Assembly (NCBI GenBank): GCA_000708835.1
Contig: DF236963.1
Location: 186,001 to 250,000, forward strand
Direction: 5' to 3'
Source of the DNA: Klebsormidium nitens
Taxonomy: Eukaryota; Plantae; Klebsormidiophyceae
DNA length: 64,000 bases
The notes below the pieces were generated by a model that worked only from the letters and a program-made list of their open reading frames with translations, did no database searches and was not told where the DNA came from. Position 1 is the stretch's first letter. Each line of letters starts with the position of its first letter. The position numbers and the translations under genes were made by a program. Shown piece after piece: positions 24,476 through 36,659 of this stretch.

Positions 24476-27400
24476 CTAGTTCAGCACGTCCCTGTCAACC
24501 CGCATAACCCGCCGCGAATGGCGAAACGCTTCTCGCCAATCGTCCTCAGTGTGCTCGCTGTTGCCCCTCTTATCTGCTGCAACAGTCTGCGGATCAAATT
24601 GTTGCCGGAAACCGCTTGCCGACACTCCTTCCATTCCGATATTGTCCACAGCCTCCCTCCCAACCATGGAGCTGACTGTCGAGTGGTGTTCTGCTCTACG
24701 TGGCATCTCCGAGTAAGCAGTACGACGCGGTGCTGCTGGGGCGCTTGCGTCCGCTGCCGCCAATCTCGTTCCTCCTGAAGTCACGCTTGCACCAGCTGAC
24801 GTCATCCTTGCCTCGGCTGGTGGAGAATCAAACTGTGGACCTTCTCGACCCTCAAGCGCAGAGATCTCCGACATCAGCGCCACGTCATCTTCTAAACCCC
24901 GCCTCCCTCCACCCTCTCTCGACGCTTCCAGAGTTGGGCGAACGTACCGCCTGCCCGTCTGACCATCTCCCGTACTTTCAAGCGTGAACACCGCCCGATC
25001 AATCACCTTGCCAGCTTCCCGCTCGCCCGCTTGCCTGACACGTGGCAACGGCTCAGCTCGTGCTGCTTTTTCCTCAGACACCTTCGAAGCCCCGACCGAA
25101 CTCATCCCCTCCTCCTCTACCAAGTGCTCTGCTGAACCCCCCGAATGGTGCAGCTCTCCCTCCAATCGCAACCGACCGTCGTCTTTACCCAGCACGACAG
25201 GTTGCAAGTAGCGCCGTCCTTCGGACGCCGCTGCCAGGGAAGGCGACCCACGTGGCCCCAAACGCTCTGCCTTGGTCGCCCTCTCAAAGAACTGCAGCCC
25301 GCGAGAAGGCCCTTCCCTTGCCCGTCTACGGTGCAAATCGTGGGGTCCGCTTTTAAACCTGCGCTGTCCCAAACTGAACTCAACATCCTCGCTGAAGTCT
25401 CTTTCCCCGACTCCCCTCTCCTTGTCCCGAGCGCGTTCTTCCTGCCTCGGGGGGCCTGTTCGTCGGCCCCCCCCCAACCCCCCAGAAGCACCATACATGT
25501 CAACGGAGACAAACCCCTTTCCGAGCTCCCCCGAGGCGCTTCCTTCTTCTCTCATCCCGGATCCCCGGTTTCGTACCCCGTATTCCGCTTCCCTTCCGCT
25601 TCCCTCTCCCAAATTCCGTTCCATTTGCTCCCTCTTTCCTTCCCAGACAGCCACGCCCCCACGGCTCCCGTTCTCCATGGCCCCCGGCAAAGAAACCCCT
25701 TCCCGTTCCTGACCCTCGGCGCTTTCTCCAGTTCGGCGACTGGAGGCTCCTTTCTGCCCCCATACCCCACTTCGTCTCCGCTTTTCAACCGCTGCAGACT
25801 CCCCGTTTGCATGTCGCGCACCCTCTGAAGGTGACTGGACCCCGAAACTGCTCCCGCCATCTTCCCCAGACAAATGGCCGTTCCCTAGAACCCTCCCCCT
25901 GTTGCTCAGCAACTCCAGCCCCCCGCCGCCCCTCTTCGGCCGCCTCCTGCTCAGCAGCTGCGTAACGCTCCCCAGCTCCCGTGCCTCCGGCGTTACACCC
26001 CCCGCTTCGAGCGGCTTCTCACGAGGAGCGACCGCGCCGTTACTGGACGGCTGAACTGCCCCTTCGAGAACTCTTGCGTTTCGCTCCTGAAAAAGCGGGC
26101 CGGTGGTTTGCGAACGCCTGTTCGCTCCTGCAGGCACGCCTCCGACCTGCTTCTCCATTCCATCTTCCGCTCTCATGAGGTCAGCAAGACCTCCGACCTG
26201 CTTCTCCGTTCCATTATCTGGTCTCCTAACATCAGCAACCTCCCGTTCACGGCCCTCCCCCATTCCCGTCTCCTTCAAGCCCTGCACCCCAACCCTTTCT
26301 CCAACTTGCACTTCTCGCCTACTGCCCTGTACTTTGATTCCTCGCTGCCTATCGCTTGCTCTAGCTGTTGCCGTACGCCGCGCCCTTTCCATCAGTGCAG
26401 CAACTTCCGGCTCCTCCCCCCGTACCCAGAGCACCTTCCCGCCACTGGCGACTGCTCCCTCACTGACGTCAGCTGCCGCTCTGCTGACGTCCGGCCGACT
26501 CCGAAGCCACCGTTCTTCAGCCCTTCCGCCCCCGGTCCCTTTCCCAGCACTGGTGTATCCAGCGCCGTCGACTCTCATTTCCTTTCCCCCCGTCACTGCA
26601 GCATCTCTCACAAATTCACCACTTCTTGTGGAGGGCTCTCCTGAGCCAGTCTGCCTTACGTTGTTCGGACTCGGCTTTCTTCCGGTCCACGACTCGCCTT
26701 GCTCTGAAAGACTTTCACTTGCTGTTCCATCCTGTCCTGTCACCCCCTCCCACGCTCCCCAAAGCGCAGCAACCACACTCGCGACAACGACCAAAAAGGC
26801 GGCCCCTATTCCCAGCTGTATCGGAAGGCCCTGCTTTCCCCAGCTCTCAGCCACCTCTTGCGTCAGACCCTCCAAGCCATTTTCAGCCACCGACGCCCGC
26901 AAGTTTTCCAATCCCGTCACAGCCCCTGAGCTTCGCACCGCCTCCCTCGCTCCCTCCAACGCCTTCTCAAATTCAGCCGTTGGGATGACCTCCCTCACAG
27001 GCGCAAAAAGCGCGTCAGGATCAACTCTTAACCCCCTCACCTTCTCAACCAGCGCCCCTGCCAAACCCCCGACCCCAAGGGGATCCCCCGGCCCTGAGCC
27101 CACCGCGATACCCCCCATGGTTTCGACACCAGCTCCGCCCCCCTCACTGGAGAAAAGGGCGCTCACGTCGACCCCCGCCGCCCTCAGCCTCTCCAACGTC
27201 ACGTCGCTTGCTTCCTCGTTGCTAGGTGGCACCTCCTCCTGCGAGCCTCGCCCGCTGACCTCAGCAGCTACGTCACCCCCCAATTCCACCGCGCTTTGCT
27301 GTCCTGAGGTTCCGTCTCCGCTTCCTCCGAGCGCGGAGCGTTCCCCCTCTGCAACCGCCTCAGTCCGCAAACCTCCGGTCTGCTCATTCACCCTGCCACT

Positions 27401-28946
27401 CTGGCCCGTCTCTTCCCCACCCGACGCCCCCTTCCCGCCGCGCCCCGACGGCCTCACACTCTCTGTTTCTGTTTCTGCAGCGCCCGACAGGTACACCTGC
27501 GGAGACGCTGACCCTGGCGCCCTCCCCTGGCTTTCAATCTCTGTGACATCCAGAGCAACATGGCCTGGACCACTGACCACCGAACGGCTCGTCCTTCCCC
27601 CTGCTTCTTCTCCCCCTCCTTGAGCAACTGCGTCACTGCCCTCAGTTGCGCCTCCCGGTTCAGTCCCGCGCAATCCGGATATTCCGGCCCCCTTCCTTTC
27701 TCTGCCCAATTTAGACTCGTTCAAAGAGCTCACGGTTGCCTGGGCTGAGGACCCAGCTAACCCGCCACTGACTGTTTCCTCCGGCGGGCCCGTTTGGGGG
27801 CCTCGAACCAGACGAGCGGGGCTCTCCTGCGTTTCAACTGCCTTTCTAGGCACTTGTTCTGTTTTCTCCCCCAGGAGACTAGGGTGTTCGGAATGGGCCA
27901 TTGGGTCGGGAGAGGGTAGAGTGCGCGCGTCCATGAGGGACTTGAGCACCGTTGCCAGCTCGTCAGGCGGCATTTCGTGGAACCTGCCAGACGTGGGAAC
28001 GTTTGGAACATCAGACAAAGGGCAGAAGATAGGGTGTAGATCTGGTTGACATGGGGTGGAATGTATCTGACGAGCCTTGTGCTTCTTCCAGAGGGCCCTC
28101 GAAATGGTCTACTCAATGACTTGGATCCTATCAAGGGGAGTATTGCACGAACAAATGCCGGCGTTTGAAGCACGTCTGCGCGCAGATATTTCGTCAAAGA
28201 AGTGGCGCTCAATGCAGTCAGTCATCATCCGTTTTCATGTGAGAACCACAAAACTGCCCGTCTCACCTTTTGGCCAACTCTCGCGCCAGGATGCGCTCAA
28301 CGCTCCCATCCCCCGGCGTCCACTCATACTCCACCCCGAGAGATGGCTTTGTTTGATGATTGCTTGCCGCCAAAAGCTCCAGCGCCTGTGGCGCCGCCAC
28401 CCAAGCCACCCCAGCCACCGCCAATCCTGCAATTGCTGGGTACAACCACTTTCCAAACTTTCCGTTCAGAGCCTGAGGACCCCCGTCCTCTGTTGCACTT
28501 TCACTTGGTTTTGTTCCCCCTCCTTGCTTCGCCCCTAGAGCTGACCCATTCTCTTGCTGCAGTGTCAAATCAAGCGGCAATTGCCTCAGCGCGCTGGTGA
28601 CTACCGTGCCGCCCTCCCCATTGACACCGCCGCTCTCGCGATGCTTCTTTCTCTTCTTTCCCCCCCGCGTTTCGCTGCCGATGCGCTGGGTGCCCCCTTT
28701 GCGGTTCTTCCCTTCTGCCGGAATCGAACACCGCAGTACATCTGAACGGTCCTGCCTCTGCTGAAATCCTCCACCAGAGAGTCTCGCCAGATGCCAACCC
28801 CGGAAGCGCAGCGCCTCAGCCCGATCCTTCAACAGCCAGCTAGACCAGCATTTTCTCCTCGTCTCACAGGCAGAGCAATTCAGCACTTTTGAAATCACTC
28901 CTGGGTGTCCAACCAACAACATCGGGCGGACGGCGAGCTGCGGCAT
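24476..28946 (-). CDS. Large uncharacterised membrane protein, probably plastid-targeted, mostly low-complexity G/E/S/R-rich
   Basis: Exon 28946-~28267 has a transit-peptide-like N-terminus and the hydrophobic WLYPAIAGLAVAGVAWVAAP. It splices AG|gtgaga..ggcag|G into a ~3.5 kb open exon ending at 24476, which has a second hydrophobic helix LGIGAAFLVVVASVVAALWGAW. No family recognised. Confidence 0.8.
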
Positions 28947-30126
28947 TATGTCCGGCTTGGAATCATGCTGTCCATGTCATTGTTGAACTTCAGCACAGAT
29001 CTGAATTCCAGGTTTGCCTCCATTGATCGTTGCGACATTGGGGTGTCTTTGAGCACAAAAAGACTGCTGGCATTGGAAAAGCAAGAGTACCTGCCAGTGC
29101 AAGGAAGCACCGGAGTGACGTCTGCCGCCAAGGAAGCTGGCAGTCATGGCGACAAGAATGAAACATCGTGGCGACCGCTAATGAGTTCGTCGTGTCAACC
29201 GTGTCGCCGCTTCTGAGCTTGCGTCCTGGCAAAGGAAGAACCGTTCATGACAGCAGTTCAGCATCTGGCTCTGGCAAGAACTTGAACTTTCAAGAGGAAG
29301 CCACGAGAGCGCGCTACAGAAGGCAAAGCAGGGAAGCAGCAGCAGTTGCTGAAGAAGTGCTGCCTAACGTTTTACTTTGGGCCCATCTTCGTGAGCTAAG
29401 CTCGTCTTTACATGTGCGTGCGCTTGCACAGAGCTGTTGTGAGAGAAGAACAGCTTTTGCAAGTTTTCAAGCCAGAAATCCACTGCAAACCTGAACCCTG
29501 CAAAGATTGAGGTTGGGGCAGTAGAGGAGCTCATCAAAACATTAAGTGAAGCTTGTTACTGGTGGTATCATTGCTCAGCAGGTGTCCAAATTAGTCTGAT
29601 TGGTGCCCTATCCGCAGGTAGTGGAGAGTTGATCACACAAGGGGGTGGAGCTCAAGAGTAGAGATGTTGAAGTCTATGGTGGCGGAATAAAGCTGAGTTT
29701 TCAGTCCAATGTGAGTTTGTCTTGAAGGCCAAGGGGTGTGGGGTCAATTGTCGCGATTGGTTTACGCAGTCAAACAATCTAGCAGTTGACTGAACGCCCT
29801 TAGGAAGGTTTACCAAGTGTTAGTGCTTCCAGGTTGCACTTCCAAGCAGATACGATTGGAAGTTGTTCCAGCTTCCGTTTGATGCAAAATCAGTCTGTAA
29901 AGGCAGAGAAAGGTTTTCGGGGGTAGCCTTTCTCCGTTGTCTGGCTGCTTGCACAGTCACCTGAGGGACTGAGGCCCTTTGGTCTCTGTGAAAGGGGCAC
30001 TTGGTGAAGTTTCCGCAGTGCGGTTAGCGACTGAGGTTACGGGTTACGCGTGACGTCAGCAACGGGTAGGAGACTGGCAGGTGGCCTTCACGGCTGCCTG
30101 CGGGCCTAGGATGGTCCTGGCACAGC

Positions 30127-33100
30127 ATGGCAAAGAATGAGCCGTCTCTAGTTCCTGAGTGGTTGAGGCAGGGCCACGGGAACAGCCACCAAAGCCAGGC
30201 CCACCATCGTTACCACGGTAAGTTGTTTTCGGTTTCTTCCTCGCTGAAAATGTCTAGCGCTGTGCTGTTTTAACCCCTCCTAAGTTTTCAGCATAAAGTA
30301 TGGCGTGAATCGCAGATATATCAATCTCGATGGTCCTTCTATGGTCCTTCTAGGGTTTCCCGAAGCACTTTCCTGGTTTTCAACCTGGTCAAGACTGCTC
30401 AACAATGCAGCGCTGAGTGTGTTGAGCATGCTCTTGGTTCCCTATGCTGCTTTATGATGCATCATTTTGGGGGTTCGCCATCTGGTTCCCTGCTTGTGCG
30501 CCTCCGTTCATTCTACACCGGCATGCTTTTTGTGCGCGAAAGAAACGTGCAGTTGTAGCCATTTTCTGAACGAGGGAGATTAGTTTTTTCAGGCAAGTAT
30601 CATTTGACAGGAAGTGCTTCCGCATGGATCTACATGCCCTCTCCTCCTTAAAAGGTCACAATTCAAATAAAAAGTTCCAGATGAAGATCCTAGCAAATGC
30701 GCCTGGCAAGTACAGAAGAAAACAGAGATCTAACAGCCCTTTGGACGGTTCTGATTGCTTTCCAACACAGTTCGTCCATCATACAAGTGGCAACATGACA
30801 ATCGTGGCGACCGTTGACTGATCAGTGTTCAGTAGGCAGTCATCGTCCAAACTTGTGCAATAATGTAGAGGCCGCAAGAGGAGGAGCGGGTGGATGCCTG
30901 AATTAAAGGACGCATCCATTGTTTTCATTTTTCGGAATAACTCGAGTCCGCTGATCACAGTTGCTTTTTGGTACTTTGCTTTGAAGACTTATTACTTGTC
31001 TGTAAAGATGGTTGCTTGTGTATGTGTATGTGCATGTATCCCACCTTCCTCCTGGACTGGTTCTGATGAAGTCCTACAGTTCACTTGTCAAGCATTAGCT
31101 GCATTGAAGCTCTGAAATATACGAAATCTGACAGACGATCGTTTCTTCTTTTCAATCTGAAGATCGGTCGGGCAAAGCGGATTCAGTTCTGGTGGTGATT
31201 GATTGAAATGTGCGATGAAGCTGCTTCAATATTCCTGTGTTGACTGCCACCTTCAATGGATCCATCTCCGTTCTTGTGGTCGTCTTCCACCTCGTGGTCC
31301 AAATGCACGGTTGTCAGGTGCCCCTGAGACCTGCATCTTCTGCTGTTTTGACTCTGATGTACAAATGACAACAGTGCTGCTTTCGAAGGTGGCCACAGAA
31401 GCTCTTCTTCCACAGCTCAAATCTTGATCAACCAAATAAGTAAACCAGACTTGAAATGGTTTCCAGGTGACGGTGGTGGGCCTGCCACCCCTCGCCGGCA
31501 CTCCGGCCGCGACTCCGAGCCTTCCCCATGGGTGTCCGGAAGCTACGTACCCCCTGGGAGGCGCAGTTCTGGGGCGGAGCGGCCGCCGTACGACCGCTCC
31601 ACCTCCCTTTCCCACTTCAGGGGGGTAAGCAGCTCCCTGAGTAATGAGGCCGAGAGGGGCGAGTCTCAGGGGGGGGGCCAGGAGAAGCAGTCACCGGAGG
31701 GCAAGCAGCGGAGGCATGGGGATGCATTGGATCCTCGCAGATTGGGAACAGAAAGTGGGGCGGGGGGAGGGGAGCAAGCGTCGGGCCCGAGCTTGCCGAC
31801 CGCCATGCCGACGACCACAGGCACGCTCGCGAGCAACGTGCAGAAGGCGGCGTTCGAGCGGAACTTTCCGGTGCTCGGGGATAAGTTTGGGCGGTTCATG
31901 CCGTCGATGAACAGTCTTCCGAGTCCTCGGAGGGAGGAGAGGGAGGGGTGGAGCTCCAGGCTGGCGGATCTGCCGTCCCCAGCAGTAAGGGGGGGTCCGA
32001 GTGTAAACGGGGCTGGTGCGCCGGAGAGTCCTACAATAGCAGAGGGAGGGCCACGCACGCCCAGGATGGCCGAGGCGCTGCAGCAGGGGATGCAGGAACA
32101 GCAGCAGCGGTCGATGCCGAATGTGAGTCCATCAGTATGGCAACGGATGATGACTTGGAAGTTGCAAAAAAAAATTGGAGTGTCGCCTTTTGGTCGAGAA
32201 AGGGCAATGCGGCATCAAGATACTTGGGGCTTTTGTCAGACTCCCCTTCTGTGCGATCTGAAAGAAGCCAAATCTCGTCAGTTACGTGAAAAAAGGAAAC
32301 AAGGAAGGTGACTGCACTCTGTTGTTGTCTCTCTCTTTGGATCGTTGAGAATCAGGCCTGTCTTGAGTAGATGGAGGATGTCGAATGCACTTGGTCGTTA
32401 CTTTGAGTTGCCACTAAAACTATCACGGGAAGGGAAGCAAAGTTGCTTGGCTGCTGGTAGATACGCCAATTGTGAGAGGATCACGTGAGGGTGAATCCCT
32501 CAGTGATGGTTAGGCACTGTAAGCACATGGAACAGCACACTCCTTTATCACCTGCCCTCAGCACCTTACTGCTGACTAACTTGCTTTGAGGAAGGTTTTT
32601 CGCTGTCTTTGCATAAGAGGTTCCCCGCTGTACTGATAATACGTCAGCTTGCCCTTTCCGACAATGTCTGCAGTCAAATCTATGTCTGCAGCCGAAGCTG
32701 GGACGTATCAAGTGGACCCGGGTCTGGTGATGCTGACTGAACTGTAACCTGCGATGTGCAGGCACCGTTGGAGAGTCACAAGCAGGAAGAGCTTGTGCTG
32801 AAGAAGATGAAGCAGTTGATACCGCTGAAACCAACCATGCCAAAGAACCTGGTGAGCCTCGTATTCAACAACATATGGCACCGTAAGAAATGAGCGGCTG
32901 CCGAAGTCATGCATGGTGTTAATACTTGTGTCACCACAGAAATTTGCGACCCGATATAGAACTGTCCACCAGGATGTGAGCTTGAATGAGTCCACGTTGC
33001 TGAAATGATTTCGGGTTGAAAATGTACTTTAAGCGAAAGCCTGGGGATGCTCTTTTTGGAATTGATTACCTCCCTTTCTTTCCGCACTCCTGAAGATTCT

Positions 33101-34623
33101 GACAAAGCCGTCAAGGAACCCGGTTACGTGGTTTTTACGGCAAGCAATCTAGCGCTCAAAAATAATGCCTGCAAGCACAATGAGAACGCGTATCGTTGCA
33201 CTATCTGAGCGAGAAGCCTTTAACTCATACATATGCTTCTTCTCATTTTGACCAAGTTCGCGAACTGGATGCAGCTTTTGAAGCCGTCAAAGAAGCCGCT
33301 GCATTCGAGCACGCCCCAGCCGGCCGTTCTGGATGCAAAGCCCATCGCCCGGCGGACCGACGACCCGTCCTTGTCCGGAGCCAGAAAATCCCTTCCCGGG
33401 CCAGCAAACGGCAGCGTTGGCAGATTACAAGTCCCCGGTTCACCCTCACTCCTGGCCAACGCCCCAGCCACCCCCCCGTCTCCTGCCGCTAACGGTTCGA
33501 ACCCGGGCAACGGTCCCAAAGTCAGTGCGGCCACCCAGAAGCGGAACGACTTTCTGAAGGGGCTCCGGAAGAAGGCCCTGTCGCCCAAGGACCGCACTCC
33601 GGAGAGCAACGGTGCGGCAGGAGAGGCTGGTGGCGCCGCCCGCGAGCAAGGCCCGCCCAGCTTCCGGCAGTGGGACTCCATAGAAGCCTCCCCTGACAGC
33701 CAAGGGGCCCCGCGCGTTGTAGCGAGTCGTGCAGAAGAGGCACCGTCAATACGACACGAAAATGGGGCTGCGAACGGCCTGCCGCCGAACGGTTACCTGA
33801 ACGGGGCGGGTGCTAAGGGGGGTGTTAACAGAAGCGCGGGTGACGTGGAGCTTGTGGGAGAACCAGAGGGGGAGGAGGCCGATTTACTTCGGTCTCTGGG
33901 ATGGACCGGGCCGGACACTGATGATGAGGAGGGAGCGCTGACCGAGGAGGAGATTCGTGCCTTCTTTTCGCAGGTGGGATGCGCTGTTCGGACGTTTGTT
34001 GGACTCTCAAAGTGGGTCTGACAGGGACGTCTCTGGAAGAGGGTATAATTTTCAATGTACCGTCGACAAACTCGTGATGCGAACGGACTTTGGGATCGTT
34101 CATGTGGAACGGGAGACGCTTTTATAGGGTTCTCAAGCGATGCGTGTTTACTGAAGTTCGTACTATCTTTCCAATTTTCGCTGCTGTAAAGATACCCTGT
34201 GTCCGCTCTCCTACTGTTTTCGAATTACGCGTTCGTCAAACGACTCGGGAATCGACATGGGCTGGTTCACGGCAGCAATTGTAGCTCAGAAGGCAGAAGG
34301 ATGTCCTGGTAAGTTTCTCTAACTGATTTCGTGATAATATCGACACTTTTCTCGGAGCCCGCGCGCATTGAAAGCATATAAAGCGGGATGCCCGCCTTCG
34401 CCAAAGCGCTGACTTTGCTGAACTGCCCTTGCAGACCGCAAAGCTGAATCAACAGCCGAAAGCCGTGTATCAAAACGGAGCCCAGACGTATGAACCGACC
34501 AGCCCAATTTCCGTCGCATCTGTGGCGCGACAGGGGATCCCTCTGAAACCGGAGGTCATTGTCGGGAGTTACAGTAGCCTCTCCTCGGGTCTCAGCTCGT
34601 CCGATGACGAGTCGGACTATTAG
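30127..34623 (+). CDS. Homolog of the uncharacterised plant At1g36990/At4g08510 family (vasculin/GPBP1-like motifs)
   Basis: Approximate exons 30127-30217 (MAKNEPSLVPEWLR), 31468-32122 (KAAFERNFPVLG, PRMAEAL), 32762-32851 (EELVLKKMKQLIP), 33274-33973 (EEADLLRSLGW..LTEEEIRAFF) and 34435-34623 (SSGLSSSDDESDY*). All are hallmark motifs of that plant family as recalled. Confidence 0.88.
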
Positions 34624-35324
34624 CAGCCCGTGTATACTGCCTGTTTGTTGTCTTAGTAGCGTCGTCCTGTCGTGTGTACCACAGCGTGCTTGTAAACCGA
34701 GTACCTCAAACGAAGAGATGAAGAGGTATTAGTACGCATTTTGAAAGCTATAGTCCTGCACTTGAGCGCTGCAAAGGTCAAGGGTTCGATCCGAGTGCAG
34801 GGTTTCGTCAATAAGTTTGTTGGAACGAACCTGTTCCCTTTTCCGCCTTGCAAGGAACTTACGCCTTGTTCTACCAGAAACAGAACTGATCACGATCCAG
34901 CCGCAGCTGGAACTGGCTTGAAAGTCAAGCACTGATGTTCGGAGCCGCTGCATCCGTTCATACTTACTCCCACTTTTTAAATTTGCATGACGCATGTGGG
35001 GTCGGAATGTGCAGCCGCCAATAGTGAGAGCGGAAAGAAACATATCTGGGCTGAGCCTGGTCGGAGCTCTTTGATTATATAGCGTCCGCCGCGCTATATT
35101 TTCCATATCGAAAGTGATCGATCCGTCGGATCACGTAATTGCGCAGATAACATTGCAATTGATATGGCGGCGGTCTATAGTTGCTGTTCAACATTATGTA
35201 GCTCTGTGCTGGCCCCGATTCGGTCATTTTCAAGAATTATCAGAAAGGACTACCGTGGTGCGACACAACTGCGTGTTCAAGCCTTCGGATCAGCCCGCGG
35301 CAATAGATAAAATTTGCAGACAAA

Positions 35325-35630
35325 ATTTGCATGGCCGGAGCCACTGCATGATCACATGGCCGGGCCGCATGATCATGGCCGTGAGGCCAATATAAATCCA
35401 TGTTGCAGATCGCGGAGGTGCGGCACTTCGATCCTTCTAACTCGATTGCATGAGATGCCATGCGCTGTCCTACTGAGAATTGCATTATACCGCGAAAGTG
35501 CATGAGCTTTCAACCTGCCGCCCTTCTGAGCCTGAAGTCATTGTGGCTTGGAGCTGTCACAGGTAAAAATCATGCATGCCCGATATCAGGTATGTAGGGG
35601 TGGGCGGCGAAATGACCGGGTCGTGCATGA
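35325..35630. other. CATG/TGCATG-rich intergenic island
   Basis: 12 CATG, including 6 TGCATG, counted in ~300 bp. Confidence 0.65.
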
Positions 35631-36659
35631 GTCAACCTCATCGACATATATCATTTGAGCCATGAGATAGTGCATAACTCTGCCTATACCACCTGAAAAC
35701 GGTACGAATAAATACTTTGGATGTCTGATAAGGCCTGGATACGCGAGGGTGCAAAGCAGGGAAGTTTTCGGATTCAGGTTTTAGCATGTCAATGGAGCCG
35801 CAGGCTTGTTGTTTTTCTTGCGTATCATTATCTTTCTTGAGAGTTACATAATGTTCGACGTTTGAATCTGTCAAACCAAGCTCTTTGTGGTCGCTGAGCA
35901 TCTAGATCTGGTTGCACTTGGTTCAATTCTTTAAACTTCGTCAGAGTGTCAGCATTCTGTAGCAGCATCTCGTTCCGTCAATTGAAGGTAGAAGGGGCCG
36001 ACGCCCACGTGGAATCATGTCGCGATCGCTCCAACAGCCTGTACAGAAATCGAAGCAATCAGTGTAAAGCGAGCCTGTTGGACGGTTTTACACAGTTCAA
36101 GAATATTCTTGGGCTGTTCGAACATGGTCGATCGGTCAGTTCCAAGCTCAGTTCGAGGTTTTCGAGATGGGCAGACGTTTGAGGCTTGTATCATGGACGT
36201 CATCTGCAGCATTCTCTTTCTAAGTTTCTAGGTCTCGATCTTAGTATGGCCGTGGTCCATAGGTTTCGGTTTCGAAACCCATCCTAAAAGAAAGCCGACC
36301 AGCTATGCTAAGCCAATTTTGCAGTGTCCTTCAGCTTCCTGCTTTGCCTGACCTGTAGGGTGTAGCTTAGCGCGGTCTACAAGTGACTTACATGGGCGAG
36401 ATACGATTCAAAACAGCTTGAGCACTCGCAGCTGGATATGTTCCTGAGCGCACAATAGAAACGTCGCAATCGCCGTTCAGACTATGCGCATACTACTTCA
36501 GTCACTTTCAACGCCCAATACAGCCTGAGGCCTCCGAATTTATGCGCATTCGCTGACTCTTGCAATGATCGAAGATCGTCTATCAAGAACGTGTGATCGT
36601 ACTGTGAGCGATCCATCCGAGGTGGAAACATATCAAGTTTGCAACTTGATCGGTCCAAC

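Noticed and set aside
24700-27750. Many long overlapping + strand ORFs (e.g. 506 aa at 26103-27623)
   Set aside because: These are shadow ORFs of the GC-rich minus-strand exon, Pro/Ser-rich from reverse-complement codon bias. The same applies at 54200-56400 and 62400-63900.
34745-34810. tRNA/SINE-like GGTTCGATCC inside a CCTGCACT..AGTGCAGG hairpin
   Set aside because: The T-stem does not pair, and there is no A-box, D-arm or acceptor stem.
36015-36212. RFTLIASIS motif reminiscent of Tc1/IS630 transposase
   Set aside because: The match is too short, with no DDE triad or terminal inverted repeats found.
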